DNA from: an uncultured Verrucomicrobiota bacterium
GTDB taxonomy: Bacteria > Verrucomicrobiota > Verrucomicrobiia > Palsa-1439
Assembly: GCA_964533295.1 (NCBI GenBank)
Contig: CAZHLM010000002.1
Coordinates: forward strand, 30,497 to 94,496
Direction: 5' to 3'
DNA length: 64,000 bases
Shown here: piece by piece, positions 1 to 8,147 of the stretch
Layout: each line of letters begins with the position of its first letter
Numbering within the stretch: the stretch's first letter is position 1
Position numbers and translations under genes: made by a program
The notes under the pieces: model-generated
Databases searched by the model: none
What the model was told of the DNA's origin: nothing
The model's input: the letters and a program-made list of their open reading frames with translations, nothing else

Positions 1-813
1 GATGGATCCGCGTTCGATGACCGCGGCGGGCGGAATTTTTACCACACGCCGGCCGGGTTTCCATTCCCGGATCAGGCGCGCGGCTTCGGCGCCAATCCGG
101 GTGTTGGAAACGTGGATGCTGGCCAAGTTGGGATGACCGGTGTGGCAAAACAGCGCGTCATCGTCCACGCTTAGCACGGAGATTTCCGCGGGCACGGGAA
201 TGCCGTGTTCGGCGCAGACGCGAATGACATGCGCGCCGGGACGATCCGAGTGGGCGAAGATGGCGCAGGGCTTGGGCAGGTGTTGGAGCCAGCGAATCAG
301 TCTGGTTTGGTTGCCGCCGATGTTGCCCGGATGATCTACGCGGCCGCCGCGGGGCGGGGCAAGCCAGAAGGTGTCCAGTGAGTTTTGGCTCTGGGCAATG
401 CGTTGCCGAAAGACGTTGAATCGGGTGGCGTTGGCCGACGCACGGAAGCCGATGATCGCAAGATGCTGGAATCGCAGGGAGAGGAGATGTTCCGCCGCCC
501 GCGTGCCGATGGCTTCGTCGTCAGGGATCACCACCGGTATCGGCAGATCGGGGTGATGGTCCACCGCGACGGCGACCCACGGAACGGCGAGTTGGTGGAG
601 CGTCTCAAAACTGAATTGATCAAAAAAGGCGTGCGTCACGATTGCCTGAGGCATGGTTTCGCGGATGAGACGCCGGAGCACGTGGAGGGTCGTGGTTTGG
701 GGAGAAAAGGTCAACTGCCAGGGTTCGTGCTTTTGCAACTCCCGCGACAAACCGACCGCGATCTGTTGATTTACCCGAACAGCGGGATCGGCAATGAAGA
801 GGACGGTTTTCAT
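1..813 (-). CDS. Partial (3' end outside window) transcriptional regulator, XylR/AraC-type with N-terminal periplasmic-binding-protein-like sugar sensor domain
   Basis: Reverse-strand translation from ATG at 811-813 reads MKTVLFIADPAVRVNQQIAVGLSRE...VVIPDDEAIGTRAAEHLLSLRFQHLAIIGF...IFAHSDRPGAHVIRVCAEHGIPVPAEISVLSVDDD. This is typical of LacI/XylR sugar-binding cores with no N-terminal HTH, so the HTH is probably C-terminal AraC-type and lies beyond position 1. Not in the ORF track because it runs off the window. Confidence 0.4.
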   Translation of the reverse strand, partial: MKTVLFIADPAVRVNQQIAVGLSRELQKHEPWQLTFSPQTTTLHVLRRLIRETMPQAIVTHAFFDQFSFETLHQLAVPWVAVAVDHHPDLPIPVVIPDDEAIGTRAAEHLLSLRFQHLAIIGFRASANATRFNVFRQRIAQSQNSLDTFWLAPPRGGRVDHPGNIGGNQTRLIRWLQHLPKPCAIFAHSDRPGAHVIRVCAEHGIPVPAEISVLSVDDDALFCHTGHPNLASIHVSNTRIGAEAARLIREWKPGRRVVKIPPAAVIERGSI

Positions 814-911
814 GCCCGCAACAAGCGCGCTTTCTACTAACGCACCGCCCGGGGGGGCCGCAACGGAAAAACGCAGTCCCACGGGCAATCCGGCAAACCG
901 ATTGAAATAAA

Positions 912-925
912 TGACTATTAAGTCA
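912..925. promoter_or_regulatory. Perfect 5-4-5 inverted repeat TGACTattaAGTCA inside an AT-rich patch of the divergent intergenic region
   Basis: Region 895-945 is the only AT-rich stretch in the window. The palindrome sits between the divergent regulator (-) and the PEP-CTERM gene (+). Confidence 0.2.
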
Positions 926-1029
926 GTAAAAAAACGTTGCTACGACCTCAAACCGGCGGTAGATAAGGGCGGAGAATGAGAGTGGGTGTGGGAAACACTT
1001 GCGAACAACCAATTGACGCGAGAGCGGGT

Positions 1030-2223
1030 ATGAATGCCAATAAATTGTTTGTCAATGTGGCCGCGCGGGTTGCTCAGTTTACTCGGCGGGTGGGAATGGT
1101 CTCGCTGGTGGCTTTCGCGGTTTGCAGCCTGCCGGCCAACGCGCAGATTGTCATTCTAAATCACAGTTTCGAAGCAAACACCAATACCGGTGTGGGCTAT
1201 GGCCCAATTTCGGATTGGGGCACCATCGGCGCTGGTGTTGGCATCAACGCGTCGAATGCGCTTGCGGCCAACCGTCCGTTCCTGGGCAGCATTCCGCCGC
1301 GTCACGGCACGAATGTGGCCTTTATTCAGGGTGTGGGTAGTATCACGCAATCCATCTCCGGTTATGACCCGACCAAGCTGTACACTGTGACCTACTTCGT
1401 CAACGAACGTGGTGACAGTAGTTCGTCGGCAATGACTAATATTTCTGTCTCGTTGAACGGGGGCACCACAGTCTACACGAACCAGCACGACAGCATTCGC
1501 AAGACCGACCGGTTTCGTCGGATCGTGAGCGGGCCGCTCGCCGTTTCGGGCGCGACCTCGACACTACGGATCGACTCCGGAGCCCCAGTTGGCGATAGCA
1601 CGTTGCTGCTTGACGCCGTCAGCATCACTCGCGCGGTACCTGCCGTGCCCGATGGCGGGTTCGAGAGACCCAAGCAACCCAACGACCAATTTAAATTGGG
1701 CGGCGGCGCTGGTGGTGGCAGTTTGGCCGGTTCCGCGTGGACCTTCAGTGGTTTCGCCGGTATCGCGGACAACGGCAGTGCATTTAGCGCGCCCACAGCA
1801 CTGGAGGGATCGCAGGTGGGTGTGCTGCAGTCCACCTCTTTCTTCTTCACGGCTGTAAGCGGTTTTGAGAACGGCGTGACATATAGCTTGAGCTTTGAAG
1901 CGGCCGGGCGTGGCGGCGGTTTTGGGCCAAACGAGTTTCGAGTCTTGCTCGACGGCGCACTCCTGTCATTCGGCGGGGTGACCACCAACACACCCACCGT
2001 TGGCAGTTGGACGACCTACACCAGCGATTCGTTTACGACCACGGGAGGTGTGTTTACTCTGCGGTTTGAAGGTCTTAATCTCTTTGACAAGACAAGCTTC
2101 ATTGACGACATCCGGTTCAACTTCATTGCCGAAGCCGCCGTAGTTCCTGAGCCCTCCATGCTTGCCTTGATCAGCCTCGGTCTGGTCGCACTCGGATGGT
2201 GGCATCGTCGGCGGGAGCCGTAG
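1030..2223 (+). CDS. PEP-CTERM-anchored secreted protein (Gly/Thr/Ser-rich beta-sandwich/lectin-like)
   Basis: Signal-peptide-like N-terminus MNANKLFVNVAARVAQF...AFAVCSLPANAQ. The C-terminus VPEPSMLALISLGLVALGWWHRRREP is a PEP-CTERM sorting signal (VPEP + TM + Arg cluster). Start could be 1030 or 1096. Confidence 0.65.
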   Translation: MNANKLFVNVAARVAQFTRRVGMVSLVAFAVCSLPANAQIVILNHSFEANTNTGVGYGPISDWGTIGAGVGINASNALAANRPFLGSIPPRHGTNVAFIQGVGSITQSISGYDPTKLYTVTYFVNERGDSSSSAMTNISVSLNGGTTVYTNQHDSIRKTDRFRRIVSGPLAVSGATSTLRIDSGAPVGDSTLLLDAVSITRAVPAVPDGGFERPKQPNDQFKLGGGAGGGSLAGSAWTFSGFAGIADNGSAFSAPTALEGSQVGVLQSTSFFFTAVSGFENGVTYSLSFEAAGRGGGFGPNEFRVLLDGALLSFGGVTTNTPTVGSWTTYTSDSFTTTGGVFTLRFEGLNLFDKTSFIDDIRFNFIAEAAVVPEPSMLALISLGLVALGWWHRRREP

Positions 2224-2551
2224 CTCAGTGTCGGAACCCGGAAAGACCCCTGCGCTTCTGGAAGTCATTTCCCAGCGGGGCGGAGCAGTATTCAGTTCGG
2301 AGGGTTTTGTCACGTAACCAGCGGCGGTGTCGGCCTTCTCCATCCGGAATCGTTGGCACGCGCGGATCTCGGAGATCATCGTTCTTGCCGCATTGGCTCG
2401 CGCAGTGGTGTCACCTTGGGTTGGGAGGGGCAGAGACTGTGGCTTGCGAGCCGCAGACGCCGTGCGGGTGTTGAAGGAGGTAAAACTTGGTGGCAGCCCG
2501 ATTCGGGCCGGTCCGGTATGATTTGTCTGAGGCCATGCTTCGACCACGGAA

Positions 2552-4312
2552 ATGAAGACGGGGTGGAATACTTGGAACGTGCGGAGCGTGTTATCGCACG
2601 TGCGCTTGCCAGAGGGGGTTGCGATCTTGCTCGGACTGAAAACCTACAGCACCGGGCGGTGTTTGCGGGAGGCGTTGATCGGGCGGAAGGGCAAAGGCGA
2701 TGAAGTGATCGTCCCCGGCCCTCATGCCTACGACGGTTCGTACACGTCGTTGGAACTCGAATGGCACAAGACGAAGATCCGCGTCGAAACCGCGCACGCG
2801 GACGGCGATTGGTTTGCCCGGGTCACGCCGCTGGCGATCCATGTGAAGGCCCCGGCGCTGACGATTGAAGGCGCGGTGTTGTGGAACCGGCCCGGTTGCG
2901 TTCGCCGCGAAGGTGACCGGCTGCGCGTCGGCCCGTTGACCGTCGCGGCGACCGGGACGAAGCGCAACGAGGAGCCGGTCGTCGAGATTCCCGGTCCGTA
3001 TCTGCTTGTGGTACTCGACCAGCCGGTATTCGTGGCGAGCAATCCCGACCGGCTTCCCGCGGCAAACGAGGTCATCGAGAAACGCCGGGCAGAGTTTCTG
3101 GCCAGCCGCAAAGGTCTCAGCGAAGTCCATCACGCCATGCAGACTTGTCTGGCGTGGGACACGATTTACGATCCGTTCAAGGACCGGGTGATCTCGCCGG
3201 TCAGCCGGATTTGGAGCTGCGGCTGGGGCGGGTGGGTGTTGTTCGATTGGGACACCTATTTCGCGGCGTGGATGGCCAGCGTCGAGAACAAGGAACTCGC
3301 CTACGCCAACGCCATCGCCATCACCGAGGAAGTGACCGAGACCGGATTTATCCCCAACTTTGCGATGCCGAGCGGATTCAAGTCGCGCGACCGGTCACAG
3401 CCGCCGGTGGGGGCGCTGACCGTGCAGGCAATCTGCGATCGCGTCGTCGAAACCGCGCTGGCGGAGCGATTGTTTGACACGCTGCTGACATGGAATCGTT
3501 GGTGGCCGGCCCACCGCGACCAGGACGGCTATCTGTGTTGGGGGTCTGATCCGTATGAGCCGGTGACCGGGTGCAGTTACGAGACATTGCCGATCAACAC
3601 CCGGTTTGCCTCGGCGCTGGAATCCGGGTTGGACAACTCGCCGATGTATCAGGACATGCCGTACGATGCGAAGGCGCACCGGATGCAACTGGCGGACGTG
3701 GGACTGATGTCGCTTTACATCGCCGATTGCCGGGCGTTGGCGGACCTGGCGAAGCGGATTGGCCGCAACGAAGTCGTGGCCGAGTTGAATGAGCGCGGCG
3801 ACCGGTATGCCGCGAAGTTGAAAACGCTCTGGTGCGAGAAGACCGGCTTGTTCCTGAACAAGCGGCTCGATACCGGCGAGCTGCAGCACCGGCTTTCGCC
3901 GACGCATTTCTATCCGTTGCTGGCCGGCGTGCCGACGCCGGCGCAGGCGGAGCGGATGATCAACGAGCATTTCTTCAATCCGGCCGAGTTCTGGGGCGAA
4001 TGGATTTTGCCGTCCATCGCGCGTAACGATCCGGCGTATCCCGAACAGAACTACTGGCGGGGCCGGATCTGGGCGCCGATGAACTTTTTGGTCTATCTCG
4101 GCCTCTGCAACTACGACCTGCCGAAAGCCCGGCAGGCGTTGGTGGAGAAATCAGCGGCGTTGCTGCTCAAGGAATGGCGCGAACACGGTCACGTCCACGA
4201 AAACTACTGCGCCGAGACCGGCAACGGTTGCGGCAAGGACAACAGCGACGCGTTCTATCACTGGGGCGGACTGTTGGGCCTGATCAGCGTGCTGGAGCAG
4301 GAGGGCGGATGA
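2552..4312 (+). CDS. Six-hairpin glycoside hydrolase, GH63-like (YgjK / mannosyl-oligosaccharide glucosidase type), cytoplasmic
   Basis: 586 aa, no signal peptide. Motifs DWDTYFAAWM and NYWRGRIWAPMNFLVYLGL are typical of GH63/GH37-clan (alpha/alpha)6 enzymes. Confidence 0.5.
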   Translation: MKTGWNTWNVRSVLSHVRLPEGVAILLGLKTYSTGRCLREALIGRKGKGDEVIVPGPHAYDGSYTSLELEWHKTKIRVETAHADGDWFARVTPLAIHVKAPALTIEGAVLWNRPGCVRREGDRLRVGPLTVAATGTKRNEEPVVEIPGPYLLVVLDQPVFVASNPDRLPAANEVIEKRRAEFLASRKGLSEVHHAMQTCLAWDTIYDPFKDRVISPVSRIWSCGWGGWVLFDWDTYFAAWMASVENKELAYANAIAITEEVTETGFIPNFAMPSGFKSRDRSQPPVGALTVQAICDRVVETALAERLFDTLLTWNRWWPAHRDQDGYLCWGSDPYEPVTGCSYETLPINTRFASALESGLDNSPMYQDMPYDAKAHRMQLADVGLMSLYIADCRALADLAKRIGRNEVVAELNERGDRYAAKLKTLWCEKTGLFLNKRLDTGELQHRLSPTHFYPLLAGVPTPAQAERMINEHFFNPAEFWGEWILPSIARNDPAYPEQNYWRGRIWAPMNFLVYLGLCNYDLPKARQALVEKSAALLLKEWREHGHVHENYCAETGNGCGKDNSDAFYHWGGLLGLISVLEQEGG

Positions 4313-5349
4313 GCATCATGAATTCAGGGGCGTACACGGGTGCGAATGGGGGCCGGTGGTCGGCGGAAAAGGCCAATCAGTGGTATGCGCACCAACCGTG
4401 GCCTTGCGGGTTCAATTATATTCCGGCAACGGCCATCAATTACACTGAGATGTGGATGCCGTATTCTTTTGACGTGAAATTGATCGATCAGGAACTGGCA
4501 CTTGCCGAAGGTGTCGGCTTCAATTGCGTTCGCGTCGTGCTGCCGTTTGTCGTGTGGGAGCATGATCCGGGCGCCTTCAAGCAACGCGTCCGCGACTTTC
4601 TCGCCGTCTGCGACCAGCGCGGTCAGCGGGTGATGTTGGTCCTGTTTGACGATTGCGGCGAGATCAAGAATCCGAAATTCGGGCGGCAACCCGACGTCGT
4701 GAAGGGCGTGTATGCCAACGCTTGGTCAGCTTCGCCGGGGCACGACATGGTGCGCAACCCCGCCACCTGGCCGCGCCTGCGGGACTACGTGACGGACGTC
4801 ATCGCGTCGTTTCAGGACGATCCCCGGGTCTGGGTCTGGGATCTCTACAACGAACCCACGAATAGCGGTCTGGGTGACGCCACTTTGCCCTTGCTGGTCG
4901 AAGTCATTGCTTGGGCGCGTCGCGTGGCGCCACCCCAACCCTTGACGGTTGGCCAATGGAACAAGAACGAAGCCTTGAACAACATCTGCTGGGAGCACAG
5001 CGATATCATCACCTTTCACGACTACAACGGTCCCGACCGGCTGGCCGAACACATCGAATCGTTAAAGAGTCACGGCCGGCCGATCATCAACACGGAATGG
5101 CTCTGCCGCCACCAACAGTCCGTTCCCGAGACGTGCCTGCCGATTTTTCGGCGCGAGAATGTCGGCTGCCTGCACTGGGGGCTGGTCAACGGCCGGACGC
5201 AAACGCATCTGCACTGGGGTTGGACCCCCGACCGGGGCGAACCGAATGTCTGGCAGCACGATCTCTATCACGGCGATCACTCGCCATACCAAGCGGCCGA
5301 ACTCCGCCTTTTCCGCCACGTCATCGCTGGCGAAGCTGGGCGCCGATGA
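4309..5349 (+). CDS. Glycoside hydrolase clan GH-A (GH5-like), paralog 1, cytoplasmic
   Basis: VWDLYNEP (acid/base NEP) and INTEWL (nucleophile TEW). Start MSIMNS chosen at 4309 (ATGA overlap with upstream stop); the Arg-rich upstream extension of the ORF was rejected. Confidence 0.7.
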   Translation: MSIMNSGAYTGANGGRWSAEKANQWYAHQPWPCGFNYIPATAINYTEMWMPYSFDVKLIDQELALAEGVGFNCVRVVLPFVVWEHDPGAFKQRVRDFLAVCDQRGQRVMLVLFDDCGEIKNPKFGRQPDVVKGVYANAWSASPGHDMVRNPATWPRLRDYVTDVIASFQDDPRVWVWDLYNEPTNSGLGDATLPLLVEVIAWARRVAPPQPLTVGQWNKNEALNNICWEHSDIITFHDYNGPDRLAEHIESLKSHGRPIINTEWLCRHQQSVPETCLPIFRRENVGCLHWGLVNGRTQTHLHWGWTPDRGEPNVWQHDLYHGDHSPYQAAELRLFRHVIAGEAGRR

Positions 5350-5402
5350 ACTTTCTGGTTTACCTGTATGACCTGCCGAAAGCCCGGCAAGCGTTGGTGG
5401 AA
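5335..5402 (+). pseudogene. 68-bp relic of the 3' end of the GH63-like gene (duplicate of ~4068-4150)
   Basis: ctgggcgccgatgaactttctggtttacctg...gacctgccgaaagcccggcaagcgttggtggaaaa matches the GH63 C-terminal coding sequence (IWAPMNFLVYLGLCNYDLPKARQALVEK) with a 12-nt deletion. It overlaps the last codons of GH5 paralog 1. Confidence 0.65.
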
Positions 5403-5432
5403 AACACGGAACGTTAATAAAGGATTAGAATT

Positions 5433-6446
5433 ATGCAACGATGGACAGTTGCACAAGCACAAGCCTGGGGTCAGAAGCAACCATGGTTCTTTGGCGCGAA
5501 CTTCACGCCGAGCACGGCGATCAACCAACTCGAAATGTGGCAGGCGGAGACGTTCGACCCGGTCACCATCGAGCGCGAGCTCGGCTGCGCGCAGCGCATC
5601 GGCATGAACATCATGCGGGTGTACCTGCATGATCTGTTGTGGGAGCACGACCGGGATGGTTTCATCGCGCGCATCGACCGGTATCTCGCCATCGCGGCCG
5701 GCAAGGGTATCCGAACGATGTTGGTCATCTTCGACGATTGCTGGCGACCCGAGTTTGCGCTCGGACCGCAGCCGGCGCCGGTGCCGTACACACACAACTC
5801 CGGTTGGGTGCAGTCACCGGGCTACCCGATTGTCGAGGACCCGACGCGCTGGCCGCGCCTGGAGCGGTACGTCAAGGAGCTGCTGACGCATTTCCGTGAT
5901 GACCGGCGGATTGCTGTTTGGGACCTTTACAATGAACCGACCAATTCCGTCGGCGACCCGCTGACCGGCAAGCATCGCCCCATCCTTTCGATGCCGTTTT
6001 TGGAGGCCGTCTTCGAATGGGCGCGGTCGGTCAAAGGACTGACGCAGCCGGTGACGGTGGGTGTTTGGAACGACCGGGAAGATTTGAACCAATTCATCCT
6101 GGAGCGCAGCGATGTGGTGACGTTTCACGCCTACATGGCTCCCGCGAAAGGGTTGCTGGCGCGGATTGAAAAGTGCAAGGCGCGCGGTCGGCCGGTGATT
6201 TGCACCGAGTGGCTGGCGCGTGGGCACGGCTCGACGTTTGCGGACTGTTTGCCGGTGTTCCGCCAACACTGTGCGGGGGCCATCAACTGGGGGTTGGTCG
6301 CCGGCAAGACGCAGACCATTTATCCGTGGGGCTGGAACAAGGAGCGGGGCGAGCCAGCCGTCTGTCATCATGACATCTTCCACAAGGACGGCACGTGGCT
6401 TCACCCCGAGGAAGAAGCGCGGATCCAACAAGTGATCCGTTCCTAG
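5433..6446 (+). CDS. Glycoside hydrolase clan GH-A (GH5-like), paralog 2, cytoplasmic
   Basis: AVWDLYNEPTNS and ICTEWLARG. Clear paralog of 4309..5349 with the same motif order (FNYIP/ANFTP, VLFDDC/VIFDDC, TFHDY/TFHAY). Confidence 0.7.
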   Translation: MQRWTVAQAQAWGQKQPWFFGANFTPSTAINQLEMWQAETFDPVTIERELGCAQRIGMNIMRVYLHDLLWEHDRDGFIARIDRYLAIAAGKGIRTMLVIFDDCWRPEFALGPQPAPVPYTHNSGWVQSPGYPIVEDPTRWPRLERYVKELLTHFRDDRRIAVWDLYNEPTNSVGDPLTGKHRPILSMPFLEAVFEWARSVKGLTQPVTVGVWNDREDLNQFILERSDVVTFHAYMAPAKGLLARIEKCKARGRPVICTEWLARGHGSTFADCLPVFRQHCAGAINWGLVAGKTQTIYPWGWNKERGEPAVCHHDIFHKDGTWLHPEEEARIQQVIRS

Positions 6447-6500
6447 CGAAATTACCGGCGACGTCATGAGGGAAACGAAATGGCCAACTGGGTTGGGGAG

Positions 6501-8066
6501 ATGAAGAGACGGGGAATCATCGTGATCGCCGGCATGCTGGTGTCTTGCTTGGGGGAGGGCGCGGCACCGAGTCTGGCGGAGGATCCCATGGCGCGAGTGG
6601 TTCGATACGCGGATTTCGGGGCCAAGGGCGACGGTCAGTCGGATGACACGGAAGCGATTTGTAACGCCCATGCGTACGCCAACGAGCATGGACGGGCGGT
6701 GCGGGCGGATGCTACGGCCACCTATTACCTCGGCGGACAAGACAAACCGATCGTCATTCAGACCGACACGGATTTTGGGCGGGCGAAGTTCATCATTGAC
6801 GACCGATCCGTCACCAACATTCGGTCGCCGGTGTTTCTGGTTAGTTCCAAGCTGGCCTCCATCAAGATCGAGGGCGTCACGTCGCTAAAGAAGAACCAGC
6901 CAACAATCGCGGCGGTGTTGCCGGGGCGTTGCTTGATCACGGCGGTTAACCGTGCGGTAAAACAATACATCCGCTGGGGGCCGAACCAGGACAGCGGCTC
7001 GGCGCAGACGGATGTGTTCCTGGTGGACGCTGCCGGCACCGTGGACAGCAGCACGCCGATCCTGTGGGATTTCGACTCGATCACCAGCATCGAGGCCAGA
7101 CCGGTGGACCCGACGAAGCTGGTCATTCGCGGCGGACGCTTCACGACCATCGCCAACGCGGCCGAATCCAAATACACGTACTACGCCCGGTGCCTCGCGA
7201 TTCGCCGATCCAACGTGGACGTTGTCGGACTCGAGCACTACGTCGAGGGCGAAGGCGAGCAGGGCGCACCTTACGGCGGCTTTATCAGTATCAGCGATTG
7301 CGCCGACGTGACCGTCCGCGATGCTGTGCTGACCGGCCGCAAGCTGTACCGGACCATCGGCCATGCCGGTGCGCCCGTGTCCATGGGTTCGTACGACATC
7401 TCCGTCAATCGGGCGGTCGGCGTCGAGTTTCTCCACTGCCGGCAAAGCAATGACATACACGATAAGAAATTCTGGGGCATCATGGCCTCCAATTACTGCA
7501 AGAACCTCCGGTACGATGGCTGCACCCTGTCGCGATTTGACGCGCACAAGGGCGTCGGCAACGCGACGATTCGCAACTCGACGATTGGGCACGGCGGCAT
7601 CAGCGTCACCGGCCACGGCATGTTGCTCGCGGAGAACACGACGGTTCGGGCCGGGAGCCTGGTTCATCTGCGTCCGGACTACGGCAGCACGTGGGATGGC
7701 GAGTTGGTCATTCGCCACTGCGTGTTTATGCCGACCGGCGAGGCCACCCTGATCAGTGGCCAGAATCTTGGCCAGCACGATTTCGGGTACCCCTGTCGCC
7801 TGCCGTGGCGGATCACCGTGGACGAGTTGCGAATCGAGGACGCGAATCGTCCGGCCCACTACCGCGGACCGGTTCTCTTTGCGAACTTCAATCCCAAGCT
7901 CACCGGTCCCGGTGACGTGGAGAGATTTCCCATCGTTCGCCCGAAGGAAGTGCATTTGAAAAACGTGAAGACCGCGAGCGGGAAACCGTTGCGGTTGAGC
8001 CATCACCCCTTCCTGTTCCAGGATGTACGGGTGACCCTCGACAACACGAACTGGGAGAAACCATGA
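6501..8066 (+). CDS. Secreted right-handed beta-helix protein (pectate-lyase superfamily; GH28/GH55/GH141-like glycosidase)
   Basis: Signal peptide MKRRGIIVIAGMLVSCLG, then YADFGAKGDGQSDDTEAICNAHAYA, the hallmark N-terminal motif of Pectate_lyase_3/GH28-type beta-helices. Confidence 0.5.
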   Translation: MKRRGIIVIAGMLVSCLGEGAAPSLAEDPMARVVRYADFGAKGDGQSDDTEAICNAHAYANEHGRAVRADATATYYLGGQDKPIVIQTDTDFGRAKFIIDDRSVTNIRSPVFLVSSKLASIKIEGVTSLKKNQPTIAAVLPGRCLITAVNRAVKQYIRWGPNQDSGSAQTDVFLVDAAGTVDSSTPILWDFDSITSIEARPVDPTKLVIRGGRFTTIANAAESKYTYYARCLAIRRSNVDVVGLEHYVEGEGEQGAPYGGFISISDCADVTVRDAVLTGRKLYRTIGHAGAPVSMGSYDISVNRAVGVEFLHCRQSNDIHDKKFWGIMASNYCKNLRYDGCTLSRFDAHKGVGNATIRNSTIGHGGISVTGHGMLLAENTTVRAGSLVHLRPDYGSTWDGELVIRHCVFMPTGEATLISGQNLGQHDFGYPCRLPWRITVDELRIEDANRPAHYRGPVLFANFNPKLTGPGDVERFPIVRPKEVHLKNVKTASGKPLRLSHHPFLFQDVRVTLDNTNWEKP

Positions 8067-8147
8067 GTGGGGACGATGAGAGAGGCCGGTGACCGGTGAC
8101 CATCACCGGGTTCTGGTGTTGGAGGGTGGGCAAACCACGGAGATGAC

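Noticed and set aside
2219-2245. gtagctcagtgtcgga resembling a tRNA D-arm (TAGCTCAGT)
   Set aside because: No acceptor stem pairing, anticodon arm or GGTTCGAATCC-type T-arm follows; isolated chance match.
4174-4308. Arg-rich 45-aa N-terminal extension of the GH5 paralog-1 ORF (likewise 19338-20075, 24775-25152, 27286-27501, 41979-42428, 44189-44470, 46405-46692, 47079-47465)
   Set aside because: Extensions overlap the preceding gene in another frame, are Arg/Gly-rich junk, and an internal Met/Val gives a canonical ATGA/GTGA coupling junction and/or a proper signal peptide.
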